Shown here piece by piece: positions 35,436 through 48,564 of a stretch of DNA of 64,000 nt. Position 1 is the stretch's first letter. Every line of letters begins with the position of its first letter. The DNA is taken from the NCBI GenBank assembly GCA_964106645.2, contig OZ067051.1; one strand, given 5' to 3'. Origin of the DNA: Podarcis pityusensis (taxonomy: Eukaryota). Position numbers and translations under genes: made by a program. A model generated the notes under the pieces. That model was not told where the DNA came from. It ran no database searches and saw nothing but the letters and a program-made list of their open reading frames with translations.

Positions 35436-36870
35436 TCTCTTAAGTCAGTTGCCTTCGTGCCTTACGTATTTGCCAAAAAGAAAGAGCGCCTTCTGGTTGT
35501 CCACTCTTCAAAGCTGAAGTCAGAACTTGGCTTTCAAGGGAATTTCTAGATACTGTTTTTCTCCCCACCCACTTCCTTGCTTGACGGCTGCAACCCTCTT
35601 CCAACCCCCTGGTAAATTTAGAAGCCGTTTAACCTCTTAGTTCTCGCCCCCTATGGATGCTGGCGGTTAAGCAGCTTGGCTACCGCCCGCCCCCCCCCCG
35701 CCATTTGCTGCCCCAGATGATTGGCTTGGACACAGGGCACACACACGCCTGCTTGTTTCTTAAGCAGGCGGCATAACTTGCTGACGGTGGCGGTTTCTTT
35801 GCCAGGATTGTCTATCCCCTTGCATATTATGGGCAGAGGCAGCTGTCTGCTCTCCTTTGCAGTCTCAGCACAGGACGCTGCAGCGATTCCAGCGAGCTGG
35901 ATGGTCGGGAGGTGAAAGATCCTGTTGCCATGGTAACAACCCATCCTTGAAGGAGTGCACAGCATCCCTTTGCGTGCACAGGGAACAGAGGCAGGCCAGA
36001 AGGGTGAGAGGCTTGGCTGCCTGCTTCTGCCAGCTCCCTTTTAGGCAGCCGAGCGCAATGAGCTCTCCTTTCCTGTTGGCCCCTTAACCAGAACAGAGAT
36101 CCTCAGAGATTAATACTTTCCCTGTTTTCGTCTCTGAAATCTTGATGCTATTTCCACCTACTTGCACAATCTCTCTCCCACTCTCAATCCTGCCTCCTTG
36201 CATTCCCTCTATATGAACCAAAATAAAAAATGAGCGGGGGGAATAGGCATTCTACATACAATCACCTAGGTGGGTGGTAGATGCTTCCTAAGAGGTGGAG
36301 AAACACTTCTCTGCTCCTCCACAGTGTCATCAGGCCAGCCTCTAAGCTGCACGTCTTCTCAGGATGCGAGTGTTGGAAGGGACCTCTAGCCCAATCCCTT
36401 GTCATTGCAAGAAATCGGCTGCGCTAGGCACCCCGGCGGGTGACCACCCAGCTTCTGTTGAGAAACCTCTGGACGAAAGGTCCTTCCACCCCCTGCTTCT
36501 TAGGCACGCCTTCCCAAGGCCGATTAGCTCATGCCATCGGGAAGCTCTTCCTAAAGTTTCTCAAAACCCCGTTATTGCCATTTGAACCAGTTGTTTCGGG
36601 CCCTTCCCGTCCATTCGGAGCAACAAGGAACGAGTGCCATGTTTGTGCCTCTTCTGCTCCCTCTGCTTTCTGATGCTTGTGATGCCGCAGTTGTGTCCTG
36701 CCAGGAAGGGAGTCTGAATGTCCTCCTTGCTTAGAATAGAGGCAGGCTGGACACTTGTTGGGGATGATGGGAGTTGGGGTGCCTAGAAGCCCCCCAGTTC
36801 TTCAATTCAATAAAAGAAAAGATGGCTGGTATCATCCATGATTGATTTGCTTGAGAGGTTTTATGTTACC

Positions 36871-37800
36871 TGTCATGGACTGGTTGGATGCAGAAGAGTG
36901 ATGGGAGGCACCAGCTGGGGAACCCCCAAGAGAACCTCTAAGGGAAGAAAGCTCAGAGCCTAGGGGTGGTGGTGGTGGGGATGAACGGGGCCTTCTCTGC
37001 AGTGACTCCCTGTCTGTGGAATGCTCTCCCAAGGGAAGTTCGCCTGGCACCTTCATTATACACCTTTAGGCTCCAGGTGAAGATGTTCCACTTCAACCAG
37101 GCTTTTGCTTAACCAATCAACATCCTATACCCTTTTAAAAGTGGCTCTTTTTGGGTTGTGTGTGTGTATTGGATTATTTTTATTTTTGTTGTTGTGATTT
37201 TTACTGTGAACCGCCCTGAGACCTCTGGGTATAGGGCGGTAGAGTGGTACCTCCGGTTACGAACTCTTCTGGTTACGAACGCTTTGGGTAGGGACTCTTC
37301 TAACCCGGAAGTAGCAGCTCCTGGTTGCAAACTTTGCCCCAGGACGCGAATGGAAATTGCACGCCAGAGGCCCCATTAGCGAAAGCGTGCCTCAAGATAA
37401 GAACGGTTTCAGCTTAAGAACGGACCTCTGGAGTGAATTAAGTTCGTAATCGGAGGTACCACTGTATATAAATTCAGTAAATGAAATGATGATGTTGAGT
37501 GGCCAGAGGGAGAAGAGGGAACAGACTGGGAGAAGGAGGTGTCAGAAGCTGAAGAGGCAGCAGGGCTTAGTGAGCTGGGAGAGGCTGGGGCAGAGAGAAG
37601 TCCAGAATCAGAGACCGAAGCAGAGGGGCTGAGGCAGGCTGCTGAAGAAGCCAGGGAGATCTCCCTACTGCTACTACCTGCTCCCTCCCTCCCCCAGTCT
37701 CCCAGAACCAGAAGAGGTCTGAAAAGGGAGAAGCAATGAGAGACAAGACGACAGAGCCTTAGGCTGCTGGGGGAGAAGTCTTAGGGAGCAGTGGGAGGGG
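36871..37800. mobile_element. LTR-like element with a nested L2 tail (~36985-37490) that itself holds a MITE (37242-37464)
   Basis: Starts TGTCATG; the purine-rich body resumes after the insert; L2-like RAFSAVTPCLWNALP; MITE with TA duplication inside gggcggTA|TAtaaat. Right end is approximate. Confidence 0.6.
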
Positions 37801-38588
37801 GGGGCTTCAGTCCTTGCATTGGTTGCTATGATCACTAAAGGGTTAACATCACTGGCACTGGGTGCTTTGTTTTATTGCTGACCTAGGCTTGACTCCAGCT
37901 CCTGACCAGGGCTCAAGGTGGCCACAGCACTGAAAGCAGAAAGCAGCTGCCCTTCCAGCTGTAAATGTCTGAATTGTCTCTGTAAATGATAACGTTACTG
38001 AAACACGCAGAGCGCCTGGGAGGAGCAACTCGCAGCCAGAATTCTCAGATTAACGGCTCACAAAGGGAAAAGCTTGGCAGGACAGTGTGACCTTCGCTTG
38101 CTGCCTGGAAGCATGAGCGCATGAAGCTGCCTCTTGCTGAGTCGGGCTGGGGGTCCACCTCCCTTGGGGTCTCCGGCGGGCCTTTCAGCAAGATCCTTCT
38201 GCCCCATGTTCCTTGTAGCTGGGAAGATGCCAGGGAACTGAACCCGGGGCCATCTCTGGGCAAATTGCCCGCTCTGCCCCTGACCTGGGGCTGCTGCCCA
38301 GCTCCCTGAGATAGACACCTACATACTGTAGCGGATAACTGGCATGGAGCAAAGGGCAAAGCAAAACACCACTTTGGAGATGTCCTCAAGGGTGGATATT
38401 TCTCTCTCTTTCTTCTAACAAGGGCAGGCCAGCCAGTGTGACAGCCTCTGCTACCCTTCAGAGGTTTTGTCCTGCAGTTCCCATGAGTTGGCGTTGATGG
38501 GAGCTGTATTCCAGAACAGCGGGAGGTTAGTGAAGGCAGCAGTGGAGTCTCAAACAGGGCTGGCCCGTACCTTCCTGTCAGCAGTCTT

Positions 38589-38817
38589 TTTTTTAAAAAA
38601 AAATTTTTTTAAAATTAATTTTTGCATAACATATTTAAATTCAAACACGTCATTCACTTCCTCATTTAGGATTCTATGAATCCCTTGACTTCCCTCCGCC
38701 CTTCCATGGTTACCATTGTCATTCTTTTTTTTTTTCATCTGCTTATCTTATTTTCTCTTAATTCATTAAAAATAATAGTCCATTTTCCCATAGTTTTTCG
38801 TACATTACAAGCATTAC
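38589..38817 (-). mobile_element. L1 3' UTR fragment
   Basis: T-rich tail; TSD tcagc(a/g)gtctt at ~38578 and ~38818. Confidence 0.7.
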
Positions 38818-39467
38818 TCAGCGGTCTTCCTTGGCCAGATCATCCCCTCCCAGTTCTGAGCACAGGGACCATTGCTCAATACCCGTTTTGCAATTCCCCT
38901 CTTCCTCCCATGGCCTTAGTGGCATCTGCCCATTCTTGCTCTCCACTTCCCCTCCTGCTTTCTGGCGACACATTTATGAACACCCCCCCCCCGGTCCGGC
39001 TTGCCCTCTTCCCCGAAAGCCTTGCTGATGGGGCAAGAATGGACATGCTCTGTCACCAGCTGATTTCCAATAAGAGCTGTGTGTTGTTCATGGCACTTGG
39101 CTGCCGCTTGCATTCTGGCCATCCTCCGGGGGTGAGGAGTCCGGTAGACCCTTGACGTTGCCTTCATTTCCTCCTTCATGGCTCTGTGCAGCTTCGCATG
39201 CAGGCCTGGTCCATGACATTTCCCCGTCTCTGGCTTTTCGGAGGAAAATGAACATCCTGAGGTTGGGAGGGGGGAAGTTGTTCTGACAAGCAGGTGGACT
39301 TCTCTTCAGTGGCACCTAGAAGGGACCCCCAGGAGAGTCTCTTGTGTCTGTCCGCAGACCCTTTCGCTGGGGGGAAGAGGACAAGTTCTTCCTGCAGTGC
39401 ATCAGGGTCCCTGGATGCCATGCCTTGTTTTCTCTTCTTGCATGGGCATGTAGGCAGCCATTTGGGT

Positions 39468-39536
39468 TGTGTGTGTGCGCGCGTGTGCGTGTGTGTGCGC
39501 GTGCGTGCATGCATGCATGCGTGTGTGTGTGTGTGC
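39468..39536. repeat. 69-bp perfectly alternating purine-pyrimidine tract (TG/CG/CA)
   Basis: Read directly. Confidence 0.9.
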
Positions 39537-42500
39537 TGATGCTGCCCCCAACCTAACAAATGGGGTGAAGTCGGAGGCTGTAATGCTTCTGAACGCCAGG
39601 AGAGGAGAGTTCTCTTGCGCTCTGGTCCTCCTTGTGGGTTTTCCCATTGAGGCATCTGCTTGGCCGGGAGGGACACTGAGCCGATCCAGCAGGAGCAGGC
39701 TTTTCTCTCCCCCTTTTCTGCGTCCCTTACAGCAGCCCATTCATCTTGTTCCAAAGAGCTGAATGGAAACCATTTGCAGATAGCTGCTCCCTCGATTCTC
39801 TCCCTTGGTCACACGAGAGTGTGACACAGCCTTGGGGCGGGGGCAGGGCTGTGGGCATCACGCCGGCAGCATTGGAAATGGGCTTCAATCCATGTGCTGC
39901 TAGCGGTGTTTATTCAGCTCCCGCCAGTAGCTTACTAGGCGTTTTCAGATGCAAGCCAGGGGTGTCCAGCGTGCAATGCCTCCTCTCTCTTCTGCCCCCT
40001 CCGACTTCCTTCCTCTTTCAACGCCTAAGTGGTGGTCGCCCTTCTGAATCGGGTAGCGAGGAACATGCTCCATTGACTCCTTGCCAAAACCACAACAAAT
40101 GGCAAGTTTCCGCTGCCGTGTCTCTCTGCTCTTGCTGCTGCTGCTGCTGTTGCTGCTGCTGTGTAGGCAGTTTTCATTTTTCTACCATAAAAGGGCAGTG
40201 AAAACTCAGCTGCTGCTGCCTCTGTGTTTTTCAGCACGGCGGGTGAGGAAACGAAGGCAGAGCGGAGACTGGGCAGAGGGGGGCAACTGTGCCGCTGGGG
40301 CTGGTGCAGGCCTGTGCCCCTCTGCACGTGGCTTGCCAAGGATGGCATGAGAGGAGTGCTGAGCTTCTCCAGAGAGACGCTGCATTGAAATCTGTGGGTT
40401 TCCTGAAGCAGGGAAAGTCCCAGGCCTGCCCCAAGGAAATGGGTTCTGCAGGCAGGATAACCCTGGCAAATGAGGTGCAGTTCCTGTTTGGGTAGCAGAG
40501 CTTGTTCTGCTTCTAAGATCCGGGTTTCAAACAGTATGGAGAAGGAAAGGGTGGGGAGAGGCAGATGGGCACCAGGTTCAGTTTTTGAGGACTCGGTGTT
40601 AAGCCCCTGGGAGACCTGGGGAGCTCCCCTCCGACTTCTAAAGGCATCTTAACGTTTCCCATACGTGCAGAGTTGGTGAGCGTAGCACCCAGGTCTACAG
40701 GAAGTCCCAAGTTTGCTTCTGGCCTTTGCTATGAACTCACTATGTAGTCCTAGGCAAGCCACATTCTCCCTCTCTGCTTCAGGCCACCCCCTTGCAAGGT
40801 TGTCAGGCCGTGAGCAGTGGTTGTTTGCTGTGCCTGCGGAAAACGCGGTCCCCTAAAACCGGGTTTCCTCTCTGAAATGTGCCTCTTGGGTTCATCTTGT
40901 GGCTCCTGTCAGCTTCTGGGGAACCAGATCAATCCCGTCCGCAGGGAATTGGAGGTGCTGAATCAGCACAAAGGAGTTCATGAAGTGGGAGGGGAAGTGT
41001 TTGTAGAGGGAGACCTTCACTGAGTGTTTTGCGAGTGGAAGGCTTGAGTTGAAAGGCAGGCTCTCTCACCCTTCACCGGCTTCCAAGAACTGAGCTACCT
41101 GCTCAGAGCAATTACCTGGTGCCACCTTCCTTGGAATCCACTCCTTTCTAGCCCAAACGCGGTGACTGAACGCTTCACTTAAAGGAGCGTTTAATGATGC
41201 TCTTTCCTCCTTTCCCCCCTGCATCCCATTCCGCTTCCTTCTGATATGGTACAGTCTCTGCAGGCTGCACTTCTCCTCTTCCGACTCACTTCAAAGGACA
41301 AGGAAAAAGTCTGTTTGGATTCTTCCACAATGCTTTTGAATCCAGGTTGCATTGGAAGCCCAGAAATGTTTGATAAATGGGCTCCTTCCAAAATGTGCAG
41401 TAATAAAGTAAAACAGATTTGGGAACTGGCTTCTCTGCAAAAAGGCAGATGTCTCCTTTGACTCTTGTCTTTTTTCCTCTCTCCTCGCCCCCCCCGCCCC
41501 CAATTATCTGTGGGTCTTTGTTTACCCACAGCTTCCAAAAGCAGGAATTCTCAAACCACTGGTGTAAAAATAGACGATGCAAGTTTGGGAATCCAGCTCC
41601 CTGTTCTCTCCCCCCCCCCTGGCCTTGTGCCCCTGCCATATATAGCCATACCCTTCAGTCAGAAGATGCTGCTGCGTTATGCCTGTCAGCTTGGAAATAT
41701 ATCCATAAGAGGCCATGTCTGTCTTTCCAGCTTGAACCCCCCCCCCCCACAGGCAAGTTAGAACAGAAATCGGGCGGAAATTCTTTTGTTGCAGTCTAAT
41801 CAGTCAGAGGCTGTGAATGGGGTGGGGGTGGGGGTGGATGTGGGTGAGTGGGAGGGGAGGGTAATGCTTTGGCCCCACCTATGGCCCGTCTAGGCTGCCC
41901 TTGACATAAAGGTCCCCCACCCCTGGTCACAAGGCCTCTGTTCATCATGAGGCTTTGGGTTTACATAAAACCAGATTCCCAGATGGGGGGGGGGTGTTGG
42001 AAAGAGGTGGGCTTCTCAAGTCTGACCCTTTCCAACCTCTCTAGCCTTTTTATTGGCTGGGCAATGGGTTAAGTGTTGGGGTCTGGCTTTTGAGACTACC
42101 TTCTGCAATGCCCCAGATTGCTGTTGGCTGGAAGATGCGCTCAGTCTGTCGGATGCAGGGAAAGCTGCTTAGTTCCATCTCTTCTATAGTGGCTGGAACG
42201 TGCCTTTTCGGTTGAGATTCCTGCATTGCAGGGGGCTGGACTAGATGACTCTTGGGGTCCCTTCCAACTCTACAGCTTCTTATTCTATGTTCCAGCTCGT
42301 TGACAGGTGCACCATTTCCTCATGCCCTGCCATGCTAGTCTGTACAATCTGTGTTTGAGCAGAGCAACAGGCATGTTGAGCCCAACCTGCGGCCTAGAGA
42401 TTTTTTCCAGAGCAGAGTGGGAGCATCTGCAGAGTCGCCAGCAACCGCTCTGCTCTGGCTCCTGTATTACCTAGGGCAGAGGCATGGTGTCCCCATGACC

Positions 42501-44669
42501 CTCCAGGTGTCTCTGGACATCAACTCCCACCTTCCCTGTCTTTGGCCAGGGCGGTTGGGGTCCAGCATCTGGTGGCCCAGGCGTGACCTAGAGCAAAGCC
42601 ATCTCCGTTGGGGGCAGGAAGTTAGCAGACCTTGTCCACAGACTTCGTGGGATGGGCAGCTTAGGTTGGGGCTGTTTGATGGCTTGATAGCCAGACAGCA
42701 GTCCTTCTGGTCCCCGATCCTGCTTCCCTCTGTGGCCATCCACATGCTTCTGGGAAACCCACAAGGAAGACATGAGGGTCAGGGCCACGCCACATGCACA
42801 TCACACAGAGGCAGAGCAAGTTCACCGCAATATGCTCAGCAAGGAGCTCCAAGCCATTTGCCGCGCCCTCAACGGACATATCTTGCATGGCACGAGTGTT
42901 TTGGCACACACTTTGTCTACACCTAGAAACCTAACGTGTGAAGCAGCTGGGAGAGTGCCTCTGTGTCTGCCTTTGGGGTAGTGCTTTGGGATGCTTGGCC
43001 TTGTACGTGCAGCCTCAAAGCAGCGCTGGTCAGAGGCTAAGTGCAGGCCACTGTGTCTGATGTCCATCTTGGAGCCTTTTGGAGTTTATTTCCTAATTTG
43101 GTCACATCATGAGCCAGGCAATCTTGCCTAACCTCTTCCTTTAGGGCAGCGGGTGGGTGTGTTTGAGCAGGGAGGAGAAAGCCTCCCTTTAACATTGTGG
43201 AGGACAAGAGGAAATGTTACTCATGGGAGAGGACCTCAAGGTTCGGTCTTGTTCTGAGTGGAATTAACTCTTAGGAGGTGCTTTTTGCAACTCAAAGCCA
43301 TCTTCATGCTCAGCACCTCAAAACCCCCCCCCCCCCAGTTCTGCAAAAAACACAGCAGTTGCTGGGGACGGGGTGGGGATGCAGCTGGACCAATTCTGGA
43401 GGTCAGAGGAGCTTTTCAGCAGCCAGAGTGTAGTGACTCACTGTAGGTAGGTAAATTGGTTAAGATTTAGCTTATACTAGTAGGAAGACATTCAGTGTTC
43501 ATTTGAAGAGCATTTGGAACTCTAAAATTGGATGGTTGACTGGAGCTTGCCCCACAAAGCACACAGCACATCAGTTGAACTGCATCTGCCTCCATTTCAT
43601 TTCCAGGAACCAGGTAAAAGCCTTGACTTTGACCTTTTAAAAGTCTGGATAGTTGAGCCAGGGCCTTGCCTTATTAGGGAGGAAGATGGTTTCAGGCAAG
43701 TCACTCACCTGCTGTTTAATAAATCATTCGACCATTTCTACATAGACAGCAGGAAGATTTAGTTGCCTAGACTACAGAATACAGGCTGGGGACCCTATTA
43801 GTAATAACTTTTCAAATTATTTATTTTTTAAACCACAAAACTGCAAGTAGAAAGCTAGCACGACAGAGAGAGGGATGAGCTAGAGACATTCTCCAAACTC
43901 TCCTAATTTTCAGCATGTGCCTTCCTTCAGATTGTCCCTCCCAGGGAAGCACCAAAATCCGTGCCGATTAGACTCTCCCCCCCCCCCGCAGCAGTCTGCC
44001 CATGGCAGCTTTTAACCTTGAAGCCCCTCCACCCCCCAACCTTGCTAGTCATTCAAGCCAAGGCAGCTATTGCATTTTTAATGGAGTTGTAGCCGTCTGG
44101 CTGTAATGCTGACTTTTCAGATTTGCTGTTTGTAACGGAGGACGGATCAGCCAAGCTGGGGGAGCAATGCTGCTGGAATCAGCTGCTGAGCCCGGATGGA
44201 AGCACAGTGGGAATGTGGAACTAGAGCACCCAAAGGGGCTTCTGGGAGCAGCTTATACTTGCTGCTTGAAATCAATGCTGCCTCGGCTCATGCGTCTACT
44301 TTTAATGTGTGTTTGCAGTATTTATTATTATTTATTAAAAATTATATACCGCTCTATACCCACCGGTCTCAGGGCAGTTCACAAGATAAAAACACAAAAT
44401 ACATAATCAAACTATAAACAGAAACACCCCCCCCAACCAAATAAAAACAAATAAAAAACACAATTAAAAATGAATTTTTCAATTGAATGTAAACAGGACT
44501 CTCTTCTGGGCAGCAGCAGTCCCTTTGAGGTGTATCTGACCTCCACCCTAGGCCTGGTGGAGAGAGGCAGGAGCAGGACCCTCAGACTCTCAGCAGGTAT
44601 TCCTTCCTTGCAGGACAGCAGCCACCCTTTGGTAGTCTGCCAAGCCCTGCTGTAGACTTGGTGGACTAG

Positions 44670-44845
44670 GGCTGGGACTCCTATTTCCTTGGCCGAGCGC
44701 TTGCCTTCCTACGCAGAAGTTCCCAGGTTCGATCCCTGGCAGCTCCGCTTAAAAGGGATCGGGACCTGGGACCCTGGAGTCAGAGCAGGCAGAACTGGTC
44801 TAAATGGCCAGAGAGTCAGGCCTTTTACAAGGCGGCGTCCTCCAC
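44670..44845 (+). mobile_element. Degenerate tRNA-derived SINE; related copies at ~52600-52770 (-) and ~53805-53985 (-)
   Basis: B-box ggttcgatccc followed by a squamate SINE-like body. Confidence 0.6.
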
Positions 44846-45190
44846 ATGCCCTGTGGCACCAGCCCTTTTGGGGCAGGCCTGCTCAAAGTCGTTCAGCGTG
44901 TGAGCATGGCCATTCTTGTGCGCTGTGCAGCCCACTCTTCTTGCTCTCTCTCTCTTTCCCTCTTTGGGGAGGGCCAGGTTAGCATTTGGGGAGTGTGAGC
45001 TGGCTTCCCGGTTCTGCAATGCAAACGTCTGCTTATGCCCTCTCATAAGATGTGAAAAGGAGATTCTGACTAAACATCAGGAAGAGCTTTCTGACAGTAA
45101 GAGCAGTTTGACTCTCGTGAGAGGTGGCAAACTCTCCTTCCTTGGAGGTTTCTGAGCAGAGTTTGGATGGCTGTCTGTCAGCGATGAGTA

Positions 45191-45603
45191 CCGTATTTTT
45201 CGTTCTATAGGACGCACATTTCCCCCTCCAAAAATTAAGGGGAAATGTGTGTGCGTCCTATAGAGCGAATGCAGGCTGCGCCGCTAAGCCCAAAGCCAGA
45301 ACAGGAAGACGGAGCACTGCGGAGCCCTCCGTCTCGCTGCTCTAGCTTGGGGACGGCTGCGTGCAAACCTCTGCAGGGCAGCGGGGCGCCGCGCTCCAAA
45401 GGCTTCAGGGATCTTTGAGGCTGGCGGTGGGGGAAAGCAGCGCTTCCCCCCACCGCCAGCCTCACAAGCTCTGGTGAATGTACCTTGAATGCACCTTGTT
45501 TTAGAGGGGGAGAACAAGAAAAAAATTTTTTTTCCCTGTTCTCCCCCTCCTATGGTCTGGTGCGTCCTATGGTCCGGTGCGTCCAATGGAGCGAAAAATA
45601 CGG
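45191..45603. mobile_element. Tc2/pogo-type MITE
   Basis: TA flanks; TIR ccgtatttttcg / cgaaaaatacgg; subterminal ggacgcac repeats. Confidence 0.85.
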
Positions 45604-45702
45604 TATGTCTTCCGTATGTTCAAATTGTCCTTAGAGAGGAATATTTGGTCTCTTGATCTGAGACACTGGAGTGGATGACAGTTGCCTTATACAAACAGTA
45701 GT

Positions 45703-45855
45703 ATGGATAGTTCAGTTGGGGGAACACGGGGCTGATAACGCCAAGATTGCAGGTTCAGTCCCTGTATGGGGCAGCTGCACACTCCTGCCTTGCAGGGGGC
45801 CGGACTGCGTGATCCTCAGGGTCCCTCCCAACTCTGCAATTCTATGATTCCATGA
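45703..45855 (+). mobile_element. tRNA-derived SINE with a CR1-type tail
   Basis: tRNA-like head (tagttcagttgg...ggttcagtccc) and tail cccaactctgcaattctatgattc. Confidence 0.7.
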
Positions 45856-46220
45856 AAACGTCAACATTGGAATACTTAGGGAAGCTGCTCAGCGGTGGTT
45901 CATGTGTTTTCGTGTGCAGAAGGTGCTGGGTTCACTTCCTGGCGTCTCTTGAGTGCAGCTGGGAAGTTCTCCTGTTTGAGGCAGAGTTGCAGGAGACAGG
46001 ATTGGCCCCACTGCGCCGTGGGCATTTGAGTGGGAAGTGGAGGAGTCTGGGCTGGGGGTGTGCACCAGAGGAACATTGGGAACTCTGAATAAAATTGGTT
46101 GTTTCTAGGGCAGCCTGATCAAAGGAATGTCCTTTGACTATTAAAATCACGGAAATATATTGCGCAGCAGGTGGCAGTATGCTTTCGGCGCTTCCTGGGA
46201 GGGCCCGGAAGACCCCTGTA

Positions 46221-46450
46221 CAGCGGACGCTTGGGTTGCGAACGTGATCCGTGCAGGATGTACGTTTGCAACCCGCAGCGTTTGCAACCTGCAGTGGCGC
46301 GTCTGCGCTCACGCTGGTTGCAATTCGGCGCTTCTGTGCATGCGCGACTGCTGAAACCTGGAAGTAACCCATTCCGGTACTTCCGGGTTTCGGCGGTCTG
46401 CAACCCGAAAAAAACGCAACCTGAAGCGTCTGTAACCTGAGATATGACTG
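46221..46450. mobile_element. Tc1/mariner-pogo-type MITE (related family)
   Basis: TA flanks, imperfect TIRs; ctgaagcgtctgtaacc shared with family A. Confidence 0.65.
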
Positions 46451-47495
46451 TATGACCCTCAGCTCCCAGAATGGGAGTGGGACTGAGGAACTTTTACCAT
46501 GTTTGAAAAGGGCCTCACAGCTCTGCTGATCCCTTTCTACTCCTGAACCACCAGAGGGCAGCTGCAGCTGGGAACATTCATCTCAATGCAGCTGTGTTAA
46601 AACTACCTCTGGGAGGGATAGCTTCCAAGTTTAAGAGAGCTTTGAAGACTTTATGTTCTTAATTAAATCTATGCTTAGATAACGCACTAGTTGCTTCATG
46701 GCATAATGCACGAATTGTAAATTATTTTAAAGATCCTTTTAGCTTTTGGTGTTTAGAGTGCACTGGATTTTAATTTAAGAAATCCGAAACAATTGCTCTG
46801 TAGCTTCATTTGGGGGGGGGGGGCAACCACAGTTGTGTGTTCCTGCTTTCTCTTAACAGTGTGTGTCAGTTTTTGCGGTATTGAGGTTCTTCGTTCCTGC
46901 CTGGCTCTTGTGCGGGGAGAATCTTTAATGTGGAAGCGAAGCAACCACAGCTGAAAGGCAGACCGTTGTCTGACACAATGAGGGTTGGGGTATTGGGTTG
47001 TCGTTTGAGTTAAACCTTTGCATGGAGGCAGGAACCTTCTGTGCTGTTGCTGCTGCTGCTGTTGGTTGCCCATCCTTCACGCTAAGTTCCTAGGGTGGGT
47101 TGCAACAATTAAAACGCAACATTAATGTTAAAACACAGCATTGCACTATATTCAAAACAGTTTAGCGCCACTTAAAAATACAAAATTAAGGTGAGTCCTA
47201 AAAATGGAAAGGAGAGGCCTGGAGGGTGGCAGCACAGGAATGAGGCCTTTTCTGTGGTGGCTCCCTGCTTGTGCAATGCTCTCCCCAGGGAGGCTTGCCT
47301 GGCGTATTCCTCAGATATCTTTAGGCGCTAGAGGAAAATGTTCCTCTTCTCTTGGGTCTTTGGCTGATTAAGCAATCAGTGACCTTTTAAACTGTGTAGG
47401 GATTATTGTTCTGTTTGTTATTATGTGATGTCTTTGTGTGTTTTTATACTGTGAACTGCCCTGTGATCCTTGGATGAAGGGCAGTATATAAATTA

Positions 47496-47501
47496 GATAG
47501 A

Positions 47502-47538
<37 letters not shown>
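47496..47538. repeat. (ATAG)n(ACAG)n compound microsatellite at the end of an L2-type tail
   Basis: Read directly. Confidence 0.9.
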
Positions 47539-47539
<1 letters not shown>

Positions 47540-48383
47540 TATTAAATTCGAAAGCCAGGATGAACAGGTGTCTCTAGAGTGTTCTGCCACTCAGCCTCCA
47601 GCAAGAGAATAGACACTACAGTTAATTACATTTTTAAAAGAAGATGTCATTGTTTCACAATAAGTTAAGTACTTTGATGCCTATGTTAAAATACAAAACC
47701 AAAGTGTCTTCTATTTTAGTACCTATTTGCCTCACCCTGGCTGTTTTGACCCTGTAGAGGTCCAAGGTAGCTACTAGTCCACACGCAAAAAGTTGCGTGC
47801 CTCTCTGCTCATATATGGCCCTAGGTTGTGACACAGCGATGGCTTCAGAGGAAACCCCAGCTCTCTCCAAGCAGACTGTTGTTGCTCCCTGACAACGGGC
47901 ATGAAGAGGCTGGGGCCTCTGACCCTGGAACACCATCGTGCCCAGTAGCCTTGGATCAATGTTGCTCCCATGCATTTGTCTCACCCCCTTTTAAAGCCTA
48001 CCAACACTTAGTGGCCGAGTCCTAAGAAGAGCTTGGCTCGTGGAGGAGGAGACCAAAGGCCTTTCCGTCCAACGCACCCTTTCCCATGGTGGCCTCAGGG
48101 CACGAGCCCTTTCCTCCTCCTCCTGCTCCTCCTCCTGCTATTCCCAGCATGCTCCTTCTGCTCCGAAAGGGAGCATGTAGCCATAACGACTAGCAGCCAC
48201 TGACAGCCTCCTCTCCGATGGAATTTCCCCGATAGTTCTTTAGAAGCTTCCTGTGGCCACCAGCAGGCCCTTGTCTGAGTCCACAGCTCCTCCTGCAAGG
48301 AAGAGCCTCCCAGGGAGAGTGGAGATGTTTTGCACGCAGAGAATCTCTGGTTCAGTTTGTTCACTCACTGCTGGGACTGTGTA

Positions 48384-48564
48384 CAGTAGCACCTCCAGCT
48401 ACATAACCCCTTGTAAACTTCGGGATGCGAAAACGGCAAACCCAGAAGTATTTTACCGGGTTTTGCTGCGCGTGCATGAGCAGAAGCAGTCCTCAGGTTG
48501 CAGAAACCTCGGGATCCGACCGGACATCCAGAACGGATCCTGTCCGCAACCGGAGGTACCACTG
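48384..48564. mobile_element. Tc1/mariner-pogo-type MITE
   Basis: TA flanks; cagtagcacctcc / ggaggtaccactg. Confidence 0.75.

Noticed and set aside
42351-42926. 191-aa ORF, and similar ORFs at 39176, 49613, 54775 and 54928
   Set aside because: No recognisable protein motifs or exon structure; several overlap decayed repeats or microsatellites.
45703-45775. tRNA-like sequence (also ~44690-44745)
   Set aside because: Broken cloverleaf running into a retroposon tail: a SINE head, not a tRNA gene.
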